64,000 nucleotides of DNA from Bugula neritina (lineage: Eukaryota; Animalia; Bryozoa): the NCBI GenBank assembly GCA_964035545.1, contig OZ037768.1, positions 15,979,875 through 16,043,874 of the forward strand, written 5' to 3'. The position numbers were made by a program, and so were the translations under genes. The notes under the pieces are model-generated. The model saw only the letters and a list, made by a program, of their open reading frames with translations, was not told where the DNA came from and did not search any database. Numbering within the stretch: the first letter of the stretch is position 1; each line of letters opens with the position of its first letter. This document shows positions 1-31,289 of this stretch, in pieces.

Positions 1-3000
1 ACTTCTTTGTGACTTTGAAATAACCTTGAACATGCCTCCGACATCGTCAATACTTTTAGACTCGGCTGACTCTTCACTCGCCTGCGTGTCTACAGGAAGT
101 AAAAGTACAGGCTACGCGCTGCAGAGTTCTTATCAACAGCCAACGCTCAGCAGCATATACATCACAGAGGTGAAATAATCTCAGTGAAATTGTGAGCTGT
201 TTACTCAAGATTTAATTTACGCAACTGTATGCAGGCATTTAGAGAATGGTAAAAAGGTATAGCTGTAAAATTACAACCTATAGGCTCAAAACTGTTCATT
301 TTAACTTGCTTTATGCAGGACGACTACTTTGTTCATTATTCTTAGAAAGAATATCTTTGCCTACCAATCTCATATACCAGCTTTCTTAGATTGGGAGCTG
401 ACTTTTGACGATCTAAAAATGCTTTGGAGGCTTTAGCTACCAAGTTCTCCTTCCACTTCAGTTGTCCTACAAAGTAACAGATAAGGAATATTTGTTTTTT
501 ATATACGTGAAGGCCCCTTTAGTTGGCAAGCAGTGCATTATATGTTATACCTGTGTTATTGGTGGACAAAATATGTTTCCAGTCGTGAAAGCTTTATAAC
601 CAAAATACAAAGTTAATAACAAATGCAATTAGCCATAGTGGCATAACTCCAAACTACTTCTGGTGTGGGGGTAATAAGACATGAACAGGATGAGTAGTAT
701 TAGCTAGGTAAATCGTATCTAGAGGCACAGCTAGCACAATTTGGACAAGTGTTACTTTTCAGTAAGTATAGACTGACCTTCCTCTTCCTTATTATTAGCG
801 TCATCATCCGAAACATCTTCAAATGACAAGTCTCCATTCTGTAAAATGTGTAACATTATTCTTGTCAAGAAGTTCAATTAAAGCTGACACCAACAACAAG
901 GGCAATATCGCACCTCACCATAATACATGCACTGAACATACAACATTACAGAGAGATAGCAAAAACACGCAGGCTCCGTTTCTATCTATAAAGCAGCACA
1001 TATGCACCACGGTACTGATAGAAGAGCAACTGCATGCAAGAAAAAGAGCTCTTATTCTAATAACACTGAGATACAATATGATATACAGCATGCAGTTAAT
1101 GCAATTTAGAGTTTATAAAATGGCAGGTGAATGACCTCTTCAAGAACATCTTGTGTGTCGTCAAACGGTGAATGAGTATTATTTCCTTCAGAATCATCAT
1201 CACTGGATTCACTACCACTAGACATGGCTTCCTCTTCTATAGTAGGGGCTGTGTTGAAGACCGCCCGTCTTCTGGTTCGTCCAGTTGCCGTTGTCAAAGT
1301 TTCAAATGCCGGTGAGTTTACTTTACTTCTACAAGAAAAGAGCCAGCAGTGAATATTATGACCAAGTCACAGAATATTAACTGAGCAAACAAACTCATAC
1401 ACTTGAACAATCTATATAGATTATAGTGGATATTAAAACTCTATGCCATTACGCTCAATGTTCATAAACGAATTCTAATGCCATTATATAATAGTAAAAA
1501 TATGATCCAGATTAATTTTTTACATATAGAAAAACAAGTTAATGATATCTACTTGATAATTTAAAAATGAGAGATGGATATTACAATGAATTGCAAACTT
1601 ACTAAGCATCATAGCAGACTCTCAAAAATCATCTAGTTAAATTTATTGCAGAGCATAAAATAATACTAAAAAGAAAATTCAGATCTCATGCCATACTTAC
1701 GCTTCGTCAGCAAACTGTTGGGAAGTGATGGCTCTGCCATCAGAAAGCAAAGAAATACTGCTTTCAGTCATTCTCTGCTGCAGAGTCAGCTGAGACCCAA
1801 TAAGAGCTGCTTTTAACTCTTCACCTTTATCCTCATATTCCACCTTCAAAATGAGTGGCAGCTACTAAAGTATGTGCTACTTCATCATCCAAAAGTACTC
1901 AACAGTTTGATTAATAATTTAATAAGTTCAACTGTGTTTTGTTTAATGAGATATTTTTACAAAATACACTTTTTTCAACTATATTTGATAAAAAAGATGT
2001 GCAACTTTTCAATCACAGGTTTTGTTAGGAAATAGAATTCGAATGTTTGGTGCTGAGAACGATATTATACCTCGACATCCTTCTTTGGCTGCCTATTCCC
2101 CATGTCAATGTATACAGCATCTTTATCATAGACTATTCCTCCTACTCCAGAAAAAGGGGCATACAGTTTACGCTCTAGGTCATTGAGACTACGTCTCTTA
2201 CTCAGGTCGGGTAAAGGGCAGGGATCAGGCAGATTAGAAACATCAGACACCAGATAGTCACCACAGCCTACAAATTAGTAACTGCTCTGTGAAATATAAA
2301 TATCAATCCTGCTGAAACCAATCAGAAAATTAAGGATATAGAAATTGGCACAACCACAGATTTGGCATCTATACAATAAGTTATGACTACACAAAATGGG
2401 CTACCAACAGATTAATTCTCTCTTGCTATGCATCATTACAAAGCTAAAGTTTTGAGAAATCTTCAACTAACAGTTGAAAAGACTCAGATGGCGTCACAAG
2501 AGTTGATGCAGAGGGTTAATGCATTTTAGCAGCTAGAGTTCTCCGGAAACGTGTTATTTAATTACTATTACTTTATAGATGGTGAATTTTGTAATACCTG
2601 TATAATGCATATAAAAAGGAGTAACAGCAGCATTATAGTTTGATATTAAATAACAATTGAGTCAATAATCTGTTAAAACATAATATTTTGTTTCAATTTT
2701 GATCCTATATTATATAAAATTACACAAAACAAGGAGTTAGACATTATGATTATTACAATATAGAAAATAAGCGATTTTAATTAGACATTGTACTTAATAG
2801 GTTATTATTTATTGTTCTACAAACTCACTTTTTCCAAGTGCACCATTAAGCAACATATTGCTTTGGCTTATCATATAAATCATTCAACTTGATGAAAAGG
2901 ATATCAAAGTAATTCAACAAGTAACTTATTAATCACCTTAATCGGGCCTAAAATTATAAAAATGCAAATCAACAACGATGCAATCAGTGCTCATTCCAGT

Positions 3001-6000
3001 CTTGTATAATTTAATTCCAATTGCCAATTTACTTGATTGATCAATGGATAATACATTTTTGAAAATTCCTTTTAGTTTTGGATAAATCAATTGATGTTAT
3101 TTCCCCACAAACAATAATTTATTAGCTATTGAAAAATGTCTTTTTATTGTGAACCCCAGATTGATATGTAGTATATCATGAAATAGGCACATACATGTAA
3201 GGTGATGTATTTGAGAATGCTTAACAAAATTCCCCAGTAAACACAATTACTTTTCAAACTTGTGTAACAACTTAGAGTTTAGACTAGCAATGTATCTGCT
3301 AACAGCCAGTTTACATACTTGACACACATGCTAATATTTTGAAATGGTATATGCATGTAACATTGGTATAACAAATGCATGTAACATTGGTATAACAAAT
3401 GCATGTAACATTGGTGTAACATATGCATGTCACATTGTTACAACAAATTCATGTAATATTGGTATAACATATGCAAATAAAATGACTAAGAAAATTCCTG
3501 ACGGCACTATGAAAAGTTGCTAGCTGCACATATTATTGACTAGGATTCTACCAAATACACTAAAAGTCAGTTTACAGCCAAGAGCTTGTATTGCACACAT
3601 CTAATGTTTCTTAACAAATTGTGAGTTTTCGAAGAATTACTTACATATAGAGTACTTACAGATATAGTACTTACATATAGAGTACTTACAGATATAGTAC
3701 TTACAGATAGAGTACTTACAGATATAGTACTTACAGAGAGATTACTACAGATAAATTGCTTACAGATAAAGTACTTACAGATAAAGTACTTACAGATAAA
3801 GTACTTACAGATAAAGTACTTACAGATAGAGTACTTACAGTTAGATTACTTACAGATAGATTACTTACAGATAAAGTACTTCCAGATATAGCACTTACAG
3901 ATATAGTACTTACAGATATAGTACTTACAGATATAGTACTTACAGATAGAGTACTTACAGATATAGTACTTACAAATATAGTACTTACAGATATAGTACT
4001 TACAGATATAGTACTTACAGATAGATTACTACAGATAGATTGCTTACAGATATAGTACTTACAGATAAAGTACTTACAGATAAAGTACTTACAGTTAGAT
4101 TACTTACAGATAGATTACTTACAGATAAAGTACTTACAGATATAGTACTTACATATATAGTACTTACAGATAAAGTACGTACAGATAGAGTACTTACAGA
4201 TACAGTACTTACAGATAGAGTACTTACAGATAGAGTACTTACAGATAGAGTACTTACAGATATAGTACTTACAGATATAGTACTTACAGATATAGTACTT
4301 ACAGATAAAGTACTTACAGATATAGTACTTACAGATAAAGTACTTACAGATATAGTACTTACAAATATAGTACTTACAAATGCACCTCTCAACTTGGAAA
4401 TACACTACACGCCGTGTACCTGGTATATATGACATATGGGGTAATATGACACATAGTGAAATACCTGGGATATGAACTGTACTCTTATTCTTCAAAGGAA
4501 CTCCTCTCATCCAACCATAAAAGCAGACATTTCGGTTCATTTTAGGATTAATTCTCAGTTTTTCTGGATCTGATATATCCTCCATTCTAACAGATAACAG
4601 AACAGTTACTATCAAACTTTTCACCTGCCATTATTATTTTATGCCACCTAAATATTTAATATTGTGATCTTATTTTACTACAGACATCAAAGTTGAAAAG
4701 GAAGAAATATTGCCGTGTTAAAATGCTACAATGCTTACATGAATTATGTAGCATGATAGCAATTAAGGCAACAGACAATGAACCACAGTGACTGATATAA
4801 ATTAAGCAATTTGCCAAGGATGAGATGCAACTAAGTCTAAAAACTACTTTGAAATAAAGCAAGAAAATAATATACCTGTCAGCAAGGACATATGGGTGTG
4901 AATTTCTCCATGTTAAAGGCCGGAACTTCATTACTGATATAAACCTAGCAAGGTTGTGCACATCATTCTTCAAATATTCACCATGAATCATGCCACTGAG
5001 GTAAAACAGTTTCGCTCCTTGATATATCTCAGTCCAAAACCTATGCTTGAGAGTTTTTCGAACTGTTTTCAACTTTTTGTTATCTTTGAAATAGTCTAAA
5101 TGTGTGAGGACACCCATTATGCGAGGGAACCCGTGCACTTGACAGATATTGAGAAACTCAAATGTTTCCATTTCCATGCCAAAACTGGCATCAATCAGCA
5201 GTAGAACTAGGTCAGCAACCTTGGCAATGTCTATCATGGAGTTCATGTCGTTATTGCACTCTATGAAAGTCAGCCGGCGCTTTTTACCTTTAAAATAAAA
5301 CAATAATCCACACTTTATGCACTTATAGCTGGTCTAATTCAGATAATGCTTTTCCAGTAAACATCTACATACTTTTTATATATAGGGGTTTGTAGAAATT
5401 CAAATATGACCTTTTCAACAATTTCAGGTATATTTGCCTTTTAAAAATCAACGGTCAATAAAAGACACGTAAGCCAATATGTAAGTTATTAGAAGTTACA
5501 CAAATGCTCCTGAAGGAAACACATGGAAGGTAGATAAAATTGACCAACAGGTGATAACAAATACTGCATATATAAAGCAGCAGCATACCTGAAACAACCG
5601 TGACAGGCCCCAATATGTTAGCAAGTTTCTGTGATGAGTAATTCTTGATTAGGCCTCTTAACAACGTTGATTTTCCCACTTTAGGTGGACCAACCACTGC
5701 CACTATTATTGGTGGTGGCTCAAGTGGTGTACGGTCCACTACAGGGTCATGCACTTTTTTCTCTTTTATATCAAGCGTCCTAAAAGTTACAAACAAAACA
5801 TGAAGATAGAGTGTAATGTAGTGTAATAAAAAACTAAATTTAATGAGTAATTTTGACTAAGCAATATATATTGTTTGTGTGTAAGTATGTAACATTGACA
5901 TTAACCACTCTAAATAAATGCATCAATGCATTAAAACTACAGGCAGTATGCATGCATGAAATAGGAAAATAGTAATAGACTTTCAATTGACAGTATTAGT

Positions 6001-6617
6001 TAGAACTCACAAATTTTTAATATATTATTGTGTTTAGGAAATCTTACAAAATTTGCAAAAATTATAAAGAGGTGAAAATTCCACTTTTTAAAATTTAGAT
6101 CCCACAGTTTGGTTTACCTTCGCACTGTCTTCTTAAGTTTTGTAACATTTTGAACTGCAAATGCTTTCGGATTTCTTTGCTTTGCTGTCATGCCTGCTTG
6201 GCTAACAGCCCTAGTGGCTTCATGTTTCTTTGCTTTTTTTTCTGCTTTTCGACCACTTTTCCTGGGCCTGTGAGGTTTATGAGGTTTATCTTCTTCCATT
6301 ATTCTATCAACTACAACATAAACCAAATTATGCATCTATACCTGACACATTACATGACAGAACACTTATAACTCAGCAATGAGTTTATAATACTTTAAAT
6401 ATAGATACGTTATAGTTATAGCTTATTGTCTCAAAAAGTAGTAAAGCAGTAGATCGAAAAGATCGTTAGTAAATTTGTTTGTCTTCTCATCCCTAATAGT
6501 TAATCTTAGTTTAGTGTCTGATAGTTGTAAGGAATTAACTAGTTAAGTTAGACATAAACAAAGTAAAACAAGTTTCAGACTTCATCTACTTTCAGAATTT
6601 CACACTCACTCAGCCAT
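1..6617 (-). CDS. BMS1: Ribosome biogenesis GTPase BMS1, 5' portion (multi-exon, continues beyond the left edge)
   Basis: Frame-consistent GT-AG exons: 6610-6617 (putative ATG micro-exon), 6118-6303, 5589-5779, 4876-5287, 4465-4586, 2071-2267, 1701-1843, 1136-1328, 778-838, 365-466, <1-89. BMS1 motifs: QRNPKAFA, VVDRTPLEPPPIIVAVVGPPKVGKST (P-loop), RRLTFIECNND, DIAKVADLVLLLIDASFG, HGFPRIMGVLTHLD, HRFWTEIYQGAKLFYLSG, LYAPFSGVGGIVYDKDAVYI, LKWKENL, GGMFKV. Confidence 0.96.
3351..3474. repeat. 24-bp minisatellite (ATGCATGTAACATTGGTATAACAA), about 5 copies, in a BMS1 intron
   Basis: Tandem copies begin at 3351, 3375 and 3399 and then degenerate. Confidence 0.85.
3638..4380. repeat. 15-bp minisatellite (ACAGATATAGTACTT), about 49 copies, in a BMS1 intron
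   Basis: Directly visible tandem array with ATA/AGA/AAA variants. It generates the spurious LTDIV, VSTIS and ICKYY ORFs. Confidence 0.97.
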
Positions 6618-6990
6618 TGTGACTGTGCAGTTTCCTTGTATTTATTCTAGGTAAATATTAGTCATAATTATTCAACACACGTAATTGATCTAAATCTATA
6701 AGCTTAGTATAAGTATCATAATTATTGCTATCAGTAAATGTAATTAGTTAATTACTAATTAAATTAAAACACTTAGTAATAATTAGGTAATAACTGTACT
6801 CTTAGTTGCTACCTAATCTCATTAGTATAATTATTACACTTTATTCGTATTATACTAATACTATAATTGGCATGTATTATAACCATAGTATAAGTATAAT
6901 TATAATACTAATAAACAATAGTAAATACTACAAGTATGACAATAAACGTAAATATAAGTAGCCTATTGAGTAACTTACGAAATTTAATAT

Positions 6991-7640
6991 CAGGGTTGGG
7001 TCAATTACATGTGAATGTAATTAATTATGATTACATGAAAATTTGTCAATTACAATTATAATTACAGTTAAAATGTAATGTAATTAATTACAACTACAAC
7101 TATATAGCAATGTAACTAATTACAAATACTTTTGTTCTCACAAGGCATAAATAGAAGTTATGCAATTTCACTTCTAGGGTCTAACTACCTGGGGCTGTCA
7201 GGTAAAAACGGCACAAATGGAAAAGTAGGAAAAAATGTCACATTTTCAATTTTAGGGTTTGGGATGAGGTTGGGTATTTTGGGGTAGAGATTTAGGTTTG
7301 GAAATGGGGATTTGAGTTTGGGGTTGGGTTTCAAGGGTTGAGGGTTTGAGTTTGGGGTTTGGGAAAATTTAACATTAGTGTGCCATTGTTTTCTACTTTT
7401 CTATTTGTGCCATTATTACCTGTGCCATTTTTACTTAAAAATCACCCGGTGCAATTTTGGCAATGGAGAACCTTCCTTGTGCTCAATAGTGATACTATAC
7501 TACATTGACCTAATCTGATTTTGTTATTTAACAGTAGGCATGATAGGAAAAGCAAGAAATTTTTAAGATTTAAAAGTTCGGAGTAATTGACATGTAATAT
7601 TTTTATACATTCAATTACTCGAATTATCAATATTATAATT
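6991..7640 (-). mobile_element. hAT-like MITE, degenerate copy inverted relative to 7833-8199 and interrupted by a G-rich element
   Basis: Starts CAGGGTTGGGTCAATTACAT, which closely matches the reverse complement of the 8199 end. Internal 7480-7550 (aatagtgat...taatctgat...aacagtaggca) matches the reverse complement of about 8015-8085. The right end is eroded. Confidence 0.6.
7191..7445. mobile_element. Non-autonomous element with subterminal inverted repeats and a G-rich telomere-like core
   Basis: GGTAAAAACGGCACAAATGGAAAAGTAGGAAAAAATGTCACA (7201-7242) is an imperfect inverted repeat of TGTGCCATTGTTTTCTACTTTTCTATTTGTGCCATTATTACC (7379-7420). The core consists of (T)nGGG(G) runs. Confidence 0.6.
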
Positions 7641-7832
7641 ATTCATTATCCTAATTAAAATGATAAACTTATAATGATAATGAACTCATAATGATGATTT
7701 AACTCACTAATTTAGGTACAATAATTGTTATACTTATTCACTAATTATAAATACCTTAAATTCAAGGCAAAAGGTAAATCTAGGAATATCACTTCCAGCC
7801 ACCAGAAGTATGAGTATCAGTCTAACTCTAAC

Positions 7833-8199
7833 CAGGGTTGGGGTAATTGTAATGGATTGTAATTAATTACATTTTTTTAAGTAATTAAATGTGATTTATA
7901 ATTGATGTATAAAAATATAATTGTAATGAATTACATAGCTAATGCAATTGAATTTTACAATTACTTTATAATTACATAATTACTTCAAATTTTTTAATGT
8001 TATAAAATTTATATTGTTCCTGCCTTGCCTACTGTTGAATATAAAGATCAGATTAATTTAATGTCGTATTTATCACACTATTCGGTACTGTTGAGAACAA
8101 TTACATTTATTTCAACTCTAATTATAATTGCAATTGTAATTGACAAATTCTCAAGTAATTGTAATTAAGTATATTCATATGTAATTGACTCCAGCCCTG
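7833..8199 (+). mobile_element. hAT-like MITE (about 367 bp)
   Basis: Imperfect terminal inverted repeats CAGGGTTGGGGTAATT...AATTGACTCCAGCCCTG, subterminal GTAATT repeats, and 8-bp flanks ACTCTAAC / TTTCTAAC (6 of 8 match, degenerate TSD). Confidence 0.7.
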
Positions 8200-8209
8200 T
8201 TTCTAACAG

Positions 8210-9460
8210 TATAAATATAACTATGACTATCGCTATGAACATGTGTATCAGCATAATTTATGACTATGGGCACCACTATAATGTACATTATTATTATGAT
8301 TATCAATATGAGTATGACTAACAGTCAATAGAGTAACAGGATATTAGTATCACTATGACTCCCACTATGATAACAATATAACTACTAATACTACTATTAC
8401 TAATAGTAATACTTATCATAGTGATAGTATTACAGTTACTGTTAGACTTAGTATTACTATTAGTATTAGCCATACTCATACTGATGGTGATTACCCAAAG
8501 TCTGAGTCATACTTATTGAACTGTCATTGTAATTGCGATACTGATTGTCATAATGATTCAAAGTAGTCGATCTGATAGTGATACTATCAAACTCAGAGTC
8601 TATCACCGTGATACTCAAACTGGTAGTGATGGTCATACTGATAGTGATAGTCATAATCATATTCATATTGACAGTAAGACTAAGTATCACTATCAGTATC
8701 ACTATCACTATTGGTATCACTTGATCAGCATGACTATCAGTGACTAAGAGTATGTTAATGCTATGATTATGAGTATGAGTATCAGATTCAGTATGAGTAA
8801 CTCAGAGTCAGTATCACTTACAATTTATCACATTTATATTACAATTATGATTATAATTTAGATTATCAAATAATCAACGTTTTTATCATCATAAAAATTA
8901 ATATTTATACCATTATAATTATGAGTAATATTATCACTAGCAGTACGAGTATGATAATCAGTGAATCACTCAATGACACTGGCTATCACTATCAGTATCA
9001 GTATGAGTATGACATCAAATTCAATATTCATATTGATATTGACTATCACTATCAGTATCACTGTATAAGTATAAGCATCCCTCTAACAGTAACTCTTAAG
9101 TTTATCTAATACCAATAGTAATAGAAATATAAAATTAAAAACCAATAGTAATTAAAATTTCACATTCCAGGAGTATGACTATGAGACATGAGACTGACTC
9201 TGAGTATTACTATCACTATCAGTATGAGTATCTGTACCACCATCAGTATGAGTAAGTGAGTATCAGTATGAGTGATACTGATAGTCATAGTATCAGTATC
9301 AGTATGACTATCAGTATGAGTAGGAGTATCAGTTTGAGTATCAGTATGAGTATCACTATGAGACTCAGTAGTCAGTATCAGTATGAGAATCACTATGACT
9401 ATCACTATCACTATGACGATCACTATCAGTATCAGACACTATGACTATGAGCATCATTAC
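8210..9460. repeat. Degenerate hexamer low-complexity tract (AGTATG/AGTATC/ACTATC/ACTATG)
   Basis: Visible 6-bp periodicity in both orientations, lying between the divergent BMS1 and sortilin-like starts. Confidence 0.85.
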
Positions 9461-9933
9461 TGTAACAGCGGCATTAGGCAATCATTTTAGTAAAAATATA
9501 ATTATAGCTCAGAGTGAGAGTATGAGAACAAAAATTAAATTAACAACAAAAATTTGAATGCAGTGCACAGTTTAGCACGAGTTTGACACAATGGTGAGAT
9601 GGAAACGCTAAAAATATATTCAGAGTGAGAGTACCAATCGCTTATCGGCGCAGGGATAATAAATGAAGTTATTACCGTCGCCAAAATGTTTGTATAATTG
9701 ATTATTGAGTTCATTGGTTCGCGTTATATATAGCGTGATGAACTGCGTGGTAGGAACCACTGAGCTGGAAAGATATTATTGAGTTCGATGGTAGGAACCG
9801 CAGTTATTGTTAAACCTTAGCTAGAGGACAGAGTCATATGCGCCGTTGGATTGCACCAATATTTTGTCTAGTATAATTATGAATGTTAGGTAAAACTTTA
9901 TTTTAAGTTAAAGTAAAAACACTTTAAATCAAA

Positions 9934-29709
<19,776 letters not shown>

Positions 29710-30841
29710 AGAAAGGATTGTATCACATTGGCAGTTTGCAATACAAAATAGCTACCATGAAGGTTATTTTCTCTAAAATAAAAGTTATTTTTCTCTATGC
29801 ACGAAAAATCTCAATACTGCTGATTTAAACCAGTTAGATAACACTCTGGCTAAGTACACTGTTTATTCTTTTTTTCAAATAACCGTCTATAAATATATCT
29901 AGATAAGTATTAGATGTTCAGATTTTTTACCCAGTAGCTTGGCATAATAAACAGATCCTATCTCAAGTATATTTGTTATAATACTCACTAGAATTCAGTA
30001 TTTAAAAATCTCTTTTTGTGAATTTCTTTAGTGTTTCCTGAATGTTGTAACCCTTCCTCAGATTACTCTCAGTTTCTAGTTTTGTTATTTTGGTATATGT
30101 ATTATTTTTATCTATGTTTTTCTTCTGTGGTATTGGAACTCTGAAACTCCCAACACAATTTATGTATATTTTATTATTGTTTATTGCTAGTTCTCTATAA
30201 TTATTAAGCGTATATCAAAATAAATTTATGACTAATGAAACCAATGTTGCTTGAAGAACAGTTGGAGCATATTCCTACTGCTTTCTCTAAATTTGTATAA
30301 CTATTCTTATGATTTCAATCTGGGCTTCATATAACTCCAATAATTGTGCATCAAATGAAATTATCACAAAAATGATTTCCTTTGTAAACTTTATGGGGGG
30401 AAAACACTCAATGTCCTTGAATAATCCATTAGCTATTTTATGCCAGGAGTTAGAACTATGTTTTTTGTGCTGCCTTATATCGTTACTGCTTGCTAGTTAT
30501 CCAGTATATTAGATCTTTGCTGCCATTATAAATCACGATGTCTATAGTATAAGCATATAGACTGCCAAGAATTAGCTATCATGGCTAGCAAATGTAAAAG
30601 TTTACCTACATTGAAATTTTTTTTATGAAAAACCTGCCTGTTTTTTTGGTCATCATCGTTTTTTAAAAGCTATACGATGATGGTTTAATAATGGTAAGAT
30701 TTAGATGCTCATAAGTGTTTGAATAAACAGTTAAGAACTGCATGCCTCGCTTGGCTGAACAATTTATTAATTGTACACTTAAGTGTAAGCACGTATAACA
30801 TTACCTTACAAGACTTGCTTTAATGATTTCTACTGTTTCTC

Positions 30842-31289
30842 TGGTGTCATCCCGGATAGACGATTTCTAGTTAGACGCTATTTATCTATTTTGGTACAAT
30901 ATGTATTTATGTGCAATTTATTTGAATATTATTGAAATATATGTAATGTATATTTAAATAAACTTGGATCAATTGCTTGTTATTTAGCACATATAAATAA
31001 ATTCCTTTGATAGGCATTAACTTATTAATTTTACATTTTCTATACTTCTTGTTGTTGGAAAAAATATTTCGTTAATAAGTATTCATTAAAAATAATGTCT
31101 ATTATTAATGTACCCCTGTCCTTTTTCTAGATAATTCATATTAGCTATTATAGCTATTAGCATATTAGCTATTTAGCAATCAATACAACAGGTAAATAGG
31201 TATATATGGGTATATATATATACTATATATAACAATACCAAAATAAAAGCGTCTAACTAGTAGGAAGCGTCTAACTGGGATGAAACTGG
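30842..31289. mobile_element. MITE-like element with imperfect long terminal inverted repeats
   Basis: Left TGGTGTCATCCCGGATAGACG...CTAGTTAGACGCT...TATTTTGGTA versus right TACCAAAATAAAAGCGTCTAACTAG...CGTCTAACTGGGATGAAACTGG, with an AT-rich interior. Confidence 0.6.

Noticed and set aside
1845-1900. Box C/D snoRNA in a BMS1 intron (minus-strand ATGATGA near 1882-1888)
   Set aside because: No downstream CTGA D box or terminal stem before the acceptor.
3638-4380. Possible CRISPR-like array
   Set aside because: Contiguous tandem units with no unique spacers, in a eukaryotic intron, with no cas genes.
3756-4432. LTDIV, VSTIS and ICKYY pentapeptide-repeat ORFs resembling beta-helix or antifreeze proteins
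   Set aside because: They are translations of a 15-bp intronic minisatellite that is open in several frames on both strands, mostly from non-ATG starts and with internal frameshifts.
8466-9444. Short ORFs rich in I/V/T/S/H/Y/Q, some resembling signal peptides
   Set aside because: By-products of the hexamer low-complexity tract on both strands.
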